This document shows positions 41,101 to 55,715 of a stretch of 60,799 nt of DNA, one piece after another. The notes beneath the pieces are model-generated. The model made no database searches. It had not been told where the DNA came from and was given only the letters and a program-made list of their open reading frames with translations. Made by a program: the position numbers and the translations under genes. The DNA is from Cercozoa sp. M6MM (Eukaryota > Protista > Endomyxa: Ascetosporea): assembly GCA_040357565.1 (NCBI GenBank), contig JBDODJ010000066.1. The stretch is one strand, 5' to 3'. Numbering within the stretch: the stretch's first letter is position 1; the number at the start of each line of letters is the position of its first letter.

Positions 41101-43412
41101 ACTCTGTCGCAAACGACGAGATCAACCTGAAGACGCATACGAAAAGCAGCTTGTCTATTATTTATTTGCCAAAGAATGACATCATACATGCCGAGTGTCG
41201 TCGACAGTCCGCGCGGAGTCCGACCAGGATAGAAGCTGTTTCTCTGAGCAACCATATTTGCAATTTGAATTTTTTAAATGAATGCGCGTATTGTGCAACA
41301 GCACAAGGGAAGTACCAAACTGCCGATGAGGTTGCAGAACGTCACACCCACCTTGTCCACGAGATGCTGCAAAAATGAGTGCTTGTGGCGCACCCCATCA
41401 CTCAGTGTACGCTCGGATGCACACAACGTACGTCGGGAACAGCAAAAGAACTGTCGCAGATCGCATCGAAAGCGCTGTCTTCTTCGCTCGTCTTGTCTAC
41501 TCAGGGATGATGGTGGGACATCGTATCAAAGGCATACAGTGTGCGCAGATCGATCGATGCAGTACCGAGCAAATCGAGAGGGTAGACGCTAGTGTTTTCA
41601 AGCTGTGCCAGAGAGCGGTCTTTTCGGTCCATCGCACGCGCTTGTTTCGCTGCAAACTTTCGATGTGCAAGCTAGTAAGTACAAGGAGACAAGGGACATG
41701 GACTACCTGCAGTGTGCACAGCGAGCGACGGGACCACGGTGTTATTGTAGCCCAGTGTCCACGCGAAGAAGGCACCCACAGTTTCGCCCAGGTGACTCGA
41801 CGAAAGCCAGTTGCCCTTGCCTGACGATTAAAGAGTCGGAATCACAAGGAAGGGAAGGAACAAATCAAACAACTGAGGCAGTGTTGAAACCAACCTGGTG
41901 CCGCAGGTGTCGTGTCGAGTGACTTTGCTACCGTCGTGACCGCTATCGTCGTCCAGTCTGCATGTGCCGAAGCACTACACACACGCTCATTATGAATGCA
42001 GTACATAGACAGAGATAGAGCAAGAGGGTACGGAGCACTGCATTCGTTGCTCAACTGAAATTTTGCGGCGCGGATCATCAACTGCATCACTCTGTGCACA
42101 CCCCAACTTATGACCAGCAACCATGCACGTCAAAGCAGCAGCAAGGTGTACTCAACGAGAAGGGACACATCGATGCGACTCCACACAGAGAGACGCAACA
42201 GAACGGGCGTCCACTGCGCCGAGCCAAAGTAGCCACCCTCTGCATGAACAAACTCGACATAGACACTCCACGCGTTCAATCGTGATTGCTGACAGACCGT
42301 AGCGGACAGTTCGACCGTGTGCGAGCAAACAAAACAGCTGTGGACGGAATTTGGCATCGGCTGTGTTGTGCTCTATGGGCGGCAATGCCAGCACGTCTTC
42401 CTCGTCGGCTTGACTGCAGCGGCAACAAGATCGTGGTTTTGTTGAAAGAGGCTAGGAGACATGAAGGCACCCATTGTCGGCGAAAAGTGTGTCGTACAAC
42501 TCCTTGATACTCTCGTCTGTGAAAAAGGTGCGAGCGATGGTTGCAATCTACCAGACAGGCTCTATTGGACGAGAAACAAATATGATAAAAGCCAAGCACC
42601 TTAGTGAGCGCCTTGAGGGCCGGATCCGACGATACTCCATTCGGACGTGCCTGCAGAAACGAGTTGAAGCAGATTTACTTGCAAGCAGAAACTAAACACA
42701 GAGAATTAATGAGTGTCAATGTACTTGGCCGCCTCGACGACGAGCATTGATGAAAAACGTGATTGCGTCCAGCATCTACAGCACATCAATAGTTGAATTT
42801 CACAGCGAGTAACTGACACAGCAGCGGACGACCTACCGGACGCCAATCGAATTCGACGTCGATCTTCGCCTTGTTGCGCCAGTTTGGTGTCAGCACCGTC
42901 GAGAACAATCTGCGTCAATATTGTATCGCAACATAAAACAAAGACGCTCCACGACGCGCATCAAAATTTACGAAGCAAGTTGCGGCAGAACGGATCGCAG
43001 GTTTCTCGACCTGCCATAGTATGCACCTTCAAGGAAGTAAAAAGGAGCCAGACTGGTTTTATTGTACCCAAGATGGAGTGTGACTGCTTTTTCATAGACG
43101 CTTTTTGCGACAGCCCGGCGGAATTGTGCGCTCATCGCGAAGGGTTGAACGGACTGCGCAATCCACATGGCTTGCGGGTCATCCATCAAAACGGACACAC
43201 ACAGACACAGCATACCGAGTTGAAAACAAGCACGGTGTCGTCAAACGCGACCCGGTTGTCCTTGTCCCACGCACTGCAGTTCCAGTCCGGTGAAGTGCGG
43301 CCAAGAATGTCAGTCAGGGAAGGTACCTTTCAAAGGACTCGAGGAACTCATCGAGCTTTTTAGAGTTGCGATCTTGCAGTTCTGACCGAAGCTCGACCGG
43401 TAGGTTGCGCAT
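34099..43412 (-). CDS. Large uncharacterised multi-exon protein (helical-repeat-like middle, PH-like C-terminus)
   Basis: Chain of GT-AG-bounded minus-strand exons from MRNLPVELRSELQDRNSKKLDEFLESF to RTRRVRMMHNRLYVFVL...CFTLEQLEHVNS|SGRIRLCGPGWKCPHTHDIRYDSPSYVRWLLASI*. Both ends are approximate and it could be two genes. Confidence 0.55.
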
Positions 43413-43724
43413 ATTTGGAGTTGGCAGTGTCGGGTCCCCAGGAGAGCAGTTGGGAACCTTAGAAAAGAATGCTCCGTGTTCTCGCTTTTTTGTGTGTTTT
43501 TCCCACGTCCAGTTGCGACTAGGCTGCTTCGGATGGCAAAATATTTGCTTTCTATGCGATCGCCAGTGTTCGATGCCGCTTTAAGCCTTATCTTGCAGTA
43601 CAGTACTTTCTTTACTTTTTCGTTTTTTCATTGCCAACGAATTCCAGCACTCCTCAGCAAGTACAGACTGTGCAAAGTAGACTGTACAGTGCAGGTATTA
43701 AGTACGGAGTACAGAGTGCGCTGT

Positions 43725-43784
43725 AGAGCACAGAGCACAGAGCACAGAGCACAGAGCACAGAGCACAGAGCACAGAGCACAGAG
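43725..43784. repeat. (AGAGCAC)n heptamer tandem repeat, ~8.5 copies
   Basis: Directly visible. Confidence 0.9.
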
Positions 43785-43799
43785 ACCCTACGATGGCTC

Positions 43800-43911
43800 T
43801 CAGTGCACATTGCGGGAACCTCATCAGTGCACATTGGGACCATCTCTTTCAGTGCCTGTTCGATCTATTAAAAGTGCTGTCAGTTCACATCGAATGTGTC
43901 AGCTCACATTG
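43800..43911. repeat. Degenerate minisatellite with core TCAGTGCACATTG (5 copies)
   Basis: Cores start at 43800, 43824, 43849, 43880 and 43899. Confidence 0.7.
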
Positions 43912-43923
43912 GGGGTGTTTGGT

Positions 43924-44182
43924 TGTTACACCCGACGCCATATCGTTGTTGTTTAATATGATACTTGGTAAATTGAGGGTACTTTGCCAGTGATACAAAA
44001 AAAAACTAAGGAACGCAAGAAAGTCGAAGGGCCTCTGGTCGAGAGAGCCCTTCTTTGAGTTCAGCTGCAAAGGCTTGCTCAAGACTTCCACACCTCTCTT
44101 GAGGTTTTTTTTTGTAAGTCTTAAAATAGCTTCCGCGCGGATACAGTAAATCGAATCGTTTAGTCATGACTCTTCAATAACC
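43924..44182 (-). mobile_element. Internally deleted copy of the solo-LTR-like family
   Basis: Minus strand tactgtatccgcgcggaagc...cttgagcaagcctttgcagctgaactcaaagaagggctctctc...ggcccttc matches ~1707-1850. It then jumps to ttagttttt..gtatcactggc..aaagtaccctcaat.taccaag, matching ~2099-2150, and ends TGTAACA at 43924. The far end is degenerate. Confidence 0.7.
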
Positions 44183-44239
44183 GAAATAAAGCCTCTGCTG
44201 TATCGATCAATCGAATCACCAAAGAGGTCGCCACGCGCG

Positions 44240-44389
44240 CTACTTGAGGCGCTCGGAAAGCCAGTTGCGGAGAGTTTGAAGAGCTTGGCGGCGATATGCA
44301 GCTGTCTCAAACAGCACCTCGTGAAAGGCGCCGTCGATTACGCGAACACACTTGTCCTGCGTGAGTACGGTTTGAAGACGTTTTTAAAT

Positions 44390-44438
<49 letters not shown>

Positions 44439-44448
44439 NNNNNNNNNN

Positions 44449-44502
<54 letters not shown>

Positions 44503-45935
44503 GTGTGTGGTGTGTGGTGTGTGTGGTATGTGTCGCAGTAGTTTACCTCGCTGGAAACAGAGTCTACAAAGCGTTCCGTCGTACTGCACCAGAGGAGGAA
44601 TAAACACGTTTGGTTCTGAGGTTCCTAAAGCGTATGGAGCAGCGTACGGGGTATCCACGATCCGATCGTCGCCGGCAGCAACGACCAAAAGCGGCCATTT
44701 GAACGCGTGCTGTAAGAACACAAGCGCAGAAACACATCAGACAGGCAGCAGCTGATGCAACCAGACAAGGGAGAAGTTGCATCGCACCGCATGTTGTTGG
44801 ATCAGAGGCAACGTCTCCATCACAGTGCAGGCCCAGTGCAGCGTCGGTCCTGCCACGCCACGACCATCAGTACAGGACACAACAGTTATCGAAAGCAACT
44901 CACCGCCTTGGATGACAAGCGGATCTTCAGCATCCTGCAGCAAAACAATTGTACCACCAGACCATAAAAAGAAACAAATCAATGAATAAAAAGAAAGACA
45001 CTGATCAATGAGTTTAAAAAAAAACGGATTCATGAAAGTGCACCCTTTGGACGACGCAGGGATCGTGCGAAACATACTTCAATGGCAGCCTCTGTGATTG
45101 CGTCATGTATTATGCCACAGCGACAAATCGATGACGCGGAAAGAAAAAATGACACCTCCATGCGGAATTTGGGCATGACTGAGGCAATCCATTTCTGTCA
45201 CATCGACACCGATAGGACATATCCAACGAAACTTAAATAACAAGAAAGTACCGCAAATTTCTGGACGATGGGCGGTGCCAGTCCTTCATTAATTCCCTAA
45301 GCCAACACAACAAAACTAAATAACGTACAATTTACAATTAGCCCCAGCCAAGGTACCAAAAAAGGGCTCGAAAGGACGACGCCTTTCACCTAAGCTTACA
45401 CAGACACGTCGTGAAATGACGTGACACCAAAAGGATGTGCTAAGTTAGCACCTGCGAAAGTGCGCGCGTCGCACGCTCATTTCGTTTCTGCAAGCGCGGG
45501 TCGTTTGTGCTCGGTCTGCAGGACACAATAGGCACCAATTAAACACGATACCAAGCAAAATCAACAGTACGCTAAGGGAGCCCCGGGAGCATGTCGTAAC
45601 AGCGCGTGAGTGACAATTGCACCACTGCAGAGAACATAGTACAAAAAGTGTGCGCCAGGAGAACTCCTTTAAGGTAAATAAACCCCATGGAGTGACCGAA
45701 GAGAAACAGAGGAGGCAGCTGCACGAATGATGCACACACATTATTTCAATAAGGCAAGGAGACATACATCATTATGGTCGGAACGAGAGTGATCCAGCGA
45801 GTCGAAAACATCAATATGCTCCGTGTCGTACGCGTCCTCATGCTCGTGGGCGTCTCCATCTTCATGCTCCTGATTGTCTAAACACATATAATTATAATTG
45901 TTTGTGCGTGCGTGCGTGCGTGCGTGCGTGCGAGC

Positions 45936-45966
<31 letters not shown>

Positions 45967-46806
45967 TACTGTTGACTTGTTTAGCCTGCTCGGCGCGCAC
46001 CAGAGCGATGAAATCCGCCAGGTCATCCGCGTAGTCGGAGAACTGCGATACAAAGGCCCGGCAGCCCTGGCTTTGACCATGTCCCTGCGCCAGACACAAA
46101 CCACCGATTGGAGGCGTCGTGGTTACAGGAATGAACAAGCACAGGTACCTGCAGGTCAAATGCATAAACGTCGACATTCAAGCGATTTAACATACGCGCC
46201 AAAACCTCGTATCTCTGTTTATGTGCACCGATAAGTGTTCAGCACATGCGTTAGGTATAAATGGAAGGTACCAGTGCATGCTCACTGAATCCGTGGCACA
46301 GCACGAGAGTTGCTCGAGGCTTCTGAGCAGTGGTGCGCCAGGATCGACGCCACAGCCACAACCCGTCACGCGAAGCTGTTGAAGAAGTAAATAAATCACA
46401 GTTACAGTACTTTATCGTTGTGAGGGTAAAATACGGAAGAAGGCTGGGAGCACGTTGTAGTTTCGAGGGGCACGAGGATAGTCTGACCTGTCTTCCGCAG
46501 TAAAGGTAAAATCACGCAATACTCTGATTCTGTAGCAAGCGATACTGGAGGACTGAATGGTGTCGTTTAAACCAGCCCTGTCTGTAAAGCACATTCGACA
46601 TCAATCACTCTGCCCAATCTCGCTGAAACTGAGCTTACCTGCGCAGACGGTAGAGGATAGCCAGTGCAAGCAATGCGCTAGAGATACGCTTTTGTAGAAA
46701 TTGGGTTCGAGAGAAGGGTGTGTTACAGGAGCACGCGGCGGTCACGGAGAAATCGCGGGTTGAGCCAATTCAAGCATCGGCGGAGAAACGCAGGCAGTGG
46801 GGGCAT
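44240..46806 (-). CDS. Alpha/beta hydrolase, monoglyceride lipase/lysophospholipase (Hydrolase_4) type, with N-terminal membrane anchor
   Basis: RRVLLALLALAILYRLRR anchor; SRDGLWLWRRSW; LVLCHGFSEH; YAFDLQ|GHGQSQG; LFLFGHSMG (nucleophile); GVVLSSP; PLLVVAAGDDRIVD (Asp); IDGAFHEVLFE (His). Confidence 0.9.
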
Positions 46807-47157
46807 CGCGACACACCGAGCGTTGCCGGTGAACAATCGTACCAAGCGCAATCGGGGCCAAAAAACAGTGAAAACACAAGCACTGTCGACAACGTCGCTA
46901 GCAGTGTCAACAGCGCGGGTGTTTGGCACAAGTTCGATCTACTGTACTGAGTAAGATTTGTGGTTTTTGTTTGGGACAGTGCCACACAGACATGACATCA
47001 TTTTCGCAAACTGAGACTCACTAGAACAGTTTGGCGCTGTGCGCTGTGTACAAAATAAGGCCCAGCAAATACAAGTATAATCAATGAGAGCGTTTCTCGT
47101 TAGCAGTGAAAATACTCAAAAGTGAACTCACCTTCCTCTGGCTGAACGCACTGTACG

Positions 47158-48255
47158 ATGTCATCGCAACGTGTGTCCTACTATGACGTGCTCGGAATCT
47201 CCCCGAGCGCGGACTTGAGAGAGGTTCAGCAAGCTTTCAGACGGCAAGCGTTGCGCGAGAAGGGCAATGCACTCAGAGCAAAAGACGGAGTCTCCAAGTC
47301 AAACTGTCGCGAGAATTTTCTTCGCATCTGCGAGGCATATCAAGTGCTCTGTGATGGTGATCTAATCCCATGTCAAACACATTGATGTTGGGGGGGGGGG
47401 GGGGGGGACTGATTGTGGCCTTTCAGAAATGCTTCGGGCGACATACGATCAAGTTGGCGAAGCACATCTGAAACGTGGTTTCTTAGCCAATGAAGACGTT
47501 TTTGGCGAAGAGTGGGTGTTCGACCCGCAGGCTGCAGACGATATTTTTAACGACTTCTTTGGCACAGAAAGTGGAGCAGTAGCTTTGATGAAAGAAGACG
47601 ATCGAGTCGCTGCCTTGTCGCGTTCGGGCAAGCCGCCAGAAAAAGCGCCAACACTGCAGGTGGAATTATCGTGTACCCTTGAGCAGCTGTTTGCTGGTCA
47701 TCGCGTCAAAGCAACCTTTGAACGAGCGCAATTCCTCCCTGGAGACAGCTCTCAAACGTTTGCCCGACCAAGCGAGACCTGGCTGCGCCTGTGCCCTTTG
47801 TGGCGAAGCGGGCATACCATTATGGTGGCAAGACAAGGCAACGACGTCCCAGGATGTTTGAGAGGGGATCTCGAGCTAGTGCTGAAGGTGCAACCACACG
47901 ATACGTATGAACTTCGCGAGAACGGTGATCTCACCATGAGTCGAGTGCTACCACTAAAATCTGCCCTAGTGGGGGGTGCAGTTTCTGTACGCACGCTTGA
48001 TGACCGAAAAATTCGTGTCCACACCGAAGGGGTAGTTTCGCAAGGAGACGAACTTCGCATCAAAGGAGAAGGTGAATTTTTTTGGTGCAATGGTATCGGG
48101 TAAGGATGTTTGAATGCGCGGTTTTGATTACAGGCTTTCCGTCGAACAACGGCCAGTCGCGAGGTGACATTGTTATTCTGTTTAAACGCATCAGATTTCC
48201 CAAAACCGTCGACCAAAACACCAAGGAGCACCTCGCACATCTTTTCCGTTCGTGA
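47158..48255 (+). CDS. Class B DnaJ/Hsp40, DNAJB13/RSP16-like, J domain lacking HPD
   Basis: SYYDVLGISPSAD...ICEAYQVLCD; YDQVGEAHLKRG; IFNDFFG; ELSCTLEQLFAG; GDLELVLKVQPHDTYEL; LPLKSALVGGAVSVRTLDDRKI; IKGEGFP...RGDIVILF...FPK. No zinc-finger region. Confidence 0.85.
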
Positions 48256-48468
48256 TTGACTGCAAGCTCGCCTGTCTAACTTGGTATGGTTAATCTGACC
48301 CCGTCCGGGCCGTCTAAGAACAATCAACGGGCTCACAGGGACATAGTTGGTTTCTTAGTAGACTGAATAACCACTAGTGCTACCGACGTACGTCGCAGCA
48401 GCTTCCAGCGCGAATCCCGAATTGAAAGCGCGACAAGCGATCATATTCAGTCGAGTCGATGCGACAGT

Positions 48469-49015
48469 TTACAAGACGCCGGCGTCGCGAAGCGCGACAA
48501 GCTGCCGGATACCATCACACCAGAGTCGCTTCGTGCGCTCGTTGCGTGCGAGCAACTCAAGGTTGCGATCGCCGCTCGTGGTGATAGTCAAGGCCTTCAA
48601 TGATACAGTGCACATACACATGCCCACACCAACAAACGGACGCACTGGTGAGTGACCGAGACAAGAAATAGTACGAAAATCTGGTCGGAAACCTTCGGGC
48701 CCACACAGCCATCCTGAACACCGGTGATCAGGTCGATATCGATGCTGTTGCGAATGTGTGCTTCATCTCGCTTCTCACCCTGCGTGCAAATACCCCATAC
48801 ATTGTTAGGTATAAGGACAACGCAAAGCTATCCTGTGTCACCCAACAGATGCGATCCAGCGTGTCGCTGATCCACACGAAGCGAGTTTTGCCCTTGCCGT
48901 GCTTGTACTTCTTGAACTTGGTGCCCGCAATCAGGTCATCTTTCATCGAGAAGGTCTGCACGTCGACGTCGGCCAAGTCGGCCTGTTTGTCCGTGCCTAT
49001 TCGGGGAGGGTGTTG

Positions 49016-49059
<44 letters not shown>

Positions 49060-49741
49060 ACACCATGCAAAGGAAAAAGCAGGTACCAAACGAGGAGGAC
49101 ATGTTGATGGCCACGTTAAACTGGTGCTCCCACTCGTCCATTTCGGCCATGCCCGGCGCCTCGAACACAAAGTCCTTGGCCGGTGTGCGGACCTCGAACT
49201 GCGTCGACGTAAGTGCCTGAAACTTAACGCCCGACAAGTCGCGCAACGGCAAACACGCGAGCGGGTATTCGTCCTACTCGACATCGACAGTGACAGCAAC
49301 ACATGAGTCAGGCACTGCGACGGGTAGGAGGGTACCTTGGCAGTGCGCGACCAGTACAGGTAACCGTCGCACAAAACAAAGTAGCGCTGGCGCCACTTGC
49401 GCTTAAACATCTGCCGATACACAGAGAGTCACCACACATTATTGACACTGAGGAAGCAAGCAAAGCAGAACGCACCTCCTTGCCACGCTTGCGCATGCAG
49501 CCGGTGTACGCAGCTGTCGCGATGAGTTCCTGCAGCGGCGGGAAGCTGCGAGCTGACTCCTGCAAGCGGAACACACACACAAACACACATTGAGACTACT
49601 GCTAATCACGAAAGTGACACAGGCAACGCACCTCCTGCGTGAGTTCAAGGTCGTCGAGTCCGCCCATCGTCGATGGTGAGCGCGTCAGGTGGGCAGCTGC
49701 GCAAGGGTCATGCCGTGTCACACACACACACACACACACAT

Positions 49742-49794
<53 letters not shown>

Positions 49795-52181
49795 AAAGGA
49801 GGGCACAGCTGCGGTTGTTGATGGCGTCGCGTGACAGGGTCGGAACACTCGAGGTCGACGACAGCGAATCACGCGGCCCCTGCTCCTCGACATCCTCCTC
49901 CTCCTGACCGTAAACCTGTAGATACACACACACATATATATATATATATATATGTGAAAGAGAGGAGAGGAAACTTACGTCGTCTTCAAGCGACTCTTCT
50001 TCGTCCGACGGTGGAGGCAGCAGGTCCAGCAGGTCCTCATCTGCCACGTTGTCCCAGTCGATGTCGCTGCCCATCGGCGGCATCTCTTCCTCCTCCTGCA
50101 GGCATACACACACATACGCATGCATACAGGCACATATAGACTCGTATGTGTGCAGGGGTACCTCATAGTCGTTCTGCCCAAAAATGACCGACTCTTCTTC
50201 GGGAGAAGGAGTGACTGGGTCCTGTTCCTACGACACACAGACACACATACACACACAGACACACAGACACACAGGCACACACACGGAGTGACACATGTGT
50301 GCATGCACAACCATCGCAAGTACCTCCTGTTCGTGACGAGAGGGCGGTGCAGGACGAGTGCCGCGACGTGGCGGCGCACGTCGGCGCAGCGTGCCTGCAC
50401 TCAGACCAGAAGAGTGAAAGAGAGTCACAACCAACATGAGCGCATACACTGTGAAGTACCTCCACTGCGGGTCGGCGGCAAGCGGCGCGGCGACACACCT
50501 GTTCAAGTGCACCCACGCATAGACACACACTCCCACACACACAAGGGCATACGCACAGGGAAACATACCAGTAGTGCCGGCCGGCGACGTACCCGACAGG
50601 GCCGACTGCGATGACGGCGACGGCGACGACGACGCCGCCAGCGGACTGCTGCCTGCTCGAGGGGGGGCACAGACCGATCGCTCAACAATCACCCATTTTA
50701 TCCCTTACTTCCGAAGGTACCAAAGGACGGTGAGGGCGACGCACTCTGCGAGGAGTCGTCGTCATCGAACGCGTGCTGCTGCGTGTCCTCTTCCTCTTGC
50801 TCCGTGTTGGCAGAGCGACGACGCGGACCGCGACGAGTCTGCCGACAAACAAGAGATACCGTCTGCAAGATATCAACTCTCTATATCGGCCATACTGTAC
50901 CAGGGTGGAAGCACGTGTGGGAGGACGTCGACGCTGCACAACAACAACACACACACACATACACACACACATAAACGGACATCTCCTTCCCCTACACACA
51001 CGCAGGTAGAATACCAGCGTGGCGGTCCCTCGCGTCGGAGGCTACAAAAATAACACGTGAGCATATGCCCAAGCAAACATTGTGATTAATACGATTCGCA
51101 TACCAGCGTGCTTGAACGCGCCGGCGGCGTCGAACCGGCCAGCGTCTGAGACTACGTACACACAGACGTTAACACAACAGCTGGCATGAAATGTAGTCTC
51201 CACACAAACGAATGCTACCTTGGGTGACACCAGATTGGCACGACGACCCTCGGAACTCTCGGTGGGCGTGCTGGGTCGCACGTCACGCGACAGGCCGCGC
51301 ATCGGCCGCGTTAGTGTCTGCGGCGACATTCCCTACTCACAAAAAACAAGGATAGACCAGCACAGGCGAGGCGTGTTCGACGTGTACAGCTGTACCTGCG
51401 GTACACTGGAACCGGCCTCGTCGTCCAACGACGTCGTCGACGATGTCGATCCCGTTGGCGTCTACACTCGCATCGCGACATGACAAGACTTGGCAGAAAC
51501 AGCTGCGCGGAGATAGCGCGAAAACTGACCTGTAAGCCGGATCGCAGAGTGCGTTGCTTGCGCATCGGCCGACGGCGCGAAAAGCCCGCCACTGCTGGGA
51601 CCTGCCGAGACACCATGCACATCTTGTCTCACAGATACAGATAAAAGTTCAAAACCGAGCACACCTGAGTCGGCGTGCGTGCACCAACAAGAGCCGGCGA
51701 CGCGATGGTCTCGCGCTCCTTGCCGAGCATCTTTTCGGCCTGTGCACCCAGAATGCACACACAAGTCCAAGCATGGCGAGAGAGTGGCGAAAACACGGTA
51801 CCGTTTCCGGGTGCTTGGCCTTGAAGTCAGCCCAGTCTTCGCGCAGGTACTTGAGCAGAATGCGCAGCTTGAGCTTGTGGCCCTTCTTGTCAAACAGGTT
51901 GTGGAGCTTGCGATCCATGCCTGCACCCGACTCACATCCACACACGCGTTAGCCAAAACCACAGTTTGGACAGAAGTAGGCTGTGTACCGTCACTCTCGG
52001 CGAGCGCGACGAGGTCGTTGAAGCCGGTGCTCACAAGCAGTGGTTCGTACGGATCCATAAACTTGAGTGCAAGCCAAGCTGTGAGAGACACATCACCATT
52101 GAGCAAGCAACCTGCGGCAGAGAGGAAGGCAAACAAACCATGCACCGAGGCAGAAGTGCCGTCTTTCTTGAACAGTTCCAT
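48469..52181 (-). CDS. SAM domain plus low-complexity linker plus two PH domains
   Basis: SAM: VAWLALKFMDPYEPLLVSTGFNDLVAL...KKGHKLKL. PH1: YTGCMRKRGKE|MFKRKWRQRYFVLCDGYLYW...FEVRTPAKDFVFEA...EMDEW. PH2 (PLC/Mcp5-like): LIAGTKFKKYKHGKGKTRFVWIS...ICW...RNLELLA...LWCDGIRQL. The start may lie further upstream. Confidence 0.8.
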
Positions 52182-52737
52182 CACTTCTCGTGTTCTCTTC
52201 TTCTTTTTATAACAATGGCGCTATCGTAGACGTGTGCGCGTGTCAGTATCAATGCAATGCCTCAAAACAGGTCACTTGAGGTGACCAACTCCCGGCCGTG
52301 CTGCTCTCGCGTGTGCTTCCGACGCCCACAGTGCAATGGTGTGCTAGAACACCAGAGAGTACTGCAGAAATGCTTGTTTGACAGTAGTCGAGTCTCGGCA
52401 CGATCCATGCTCAAGAGGAATCTCCTTGGGTTCACCGGTCCAAAAATTGGGTCATCTGGACCAGAGCCCAAATACAGCGTCGAAGAATAGCTCTAACACA
52501 GTTATTTTGTGTGTCTCCCGGGTTTAATTACCCTCAACACACGCTGGACGAGTGCTCAGCAGCCAATCGGAGCAGTCAACTTTGGTGATCTGCGTTTCAC
52601 GACGGGTGCGAGCAAAATCTGTGATGGACAGCCTGAAGAGCGAATTGAAAAAGCACAGAGTAAAACAATACCATTAATCTGATACTTTGGCGATCTCCCG
52701 GGTCTGCGTTGGGATTTGTGCGAGCAGGTTCGCTTCG

Positions 52738-55015
<2,278 letters not shown>

Positions 55016-55174
55016 TAATCGTAAAAACCTACCGGGTCCCGTCAGATCCATTTTTGAACTGTAGGCCTTTTTCGTGGCAGAGCAAACGAATAGCTTTTTT
55101 TAACTCGACCTAAAATAAGAAAACAACTTATAAGAATATCAGTCTCCTCGATAGGGATAAACGAGGCGCAGCTA

Positions 55175-55715
55175 TGTTCCGAAACGGTAATTTCCATCCG
55201 GCCAGTCAGATCTGTCTGAGTTCTGGTGCTCCGCGCGGGAGAAAGTTATTCATTAAGGACTTTGAGAAGCGTGGTGTAAATTTATTGTGTTTGTCTGGTA
55301 TCCTGACCTCTCCGAGAGTGTTGCTAACCTCCTTACCCTGTGCTTGGTAGACTGACCTCGAAAGAGCAAGATTTTGCTCCTTTCCTGAAAAGGCTCTACT
55401 CACCAGGTAAAGCACCTCTCCAGGCTCCAGTCCTTGCACTCTCACGTAATCCCTTGTTGCTGTCTTTCCAGCACAGAGAGCCTTTATCCTTTACGTCCCT
55501 CCTTCTCCTTCCTTCCTTCTTCTGACTACCGGGCCTCTCTTCCTCCCGACCAGTCTAAGTTGTAAATTAAACTGACTTCCTGTTACATCTGAACTGACTA
55601 AGTTTACGTCACTGACTCAATTCTTCTTCGTTCACATCGATTCCATTTGTTTTTTTAGTCTTTTTCCAGGCATAGTACTCTTTTGCACTACCAAAGCCTA
55701 AAGGCTGCGGTAGCA
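55175..55715 (+). mobile_element. Solo-LTR-like element, family copy 4 (541 bp), with perfect 4-bp TSD GCTA
   Basis: gcta|TGTTCCG...GGCTGCGGTAGCA|gcta. Internal blocks tccgcgcgg, gagcaagattttgct..aaggctct, ttagtcttt..agtac..taccaa.gcc and the ggctgcggta end match copy 1. Confidence 0.7.

Noticed and set aside
43800-43911. Second CRISPR-like repeat series
   Set aside because: The cores are degenerate and the first spacers resemble each other, as expected for a decaying minisatellite.
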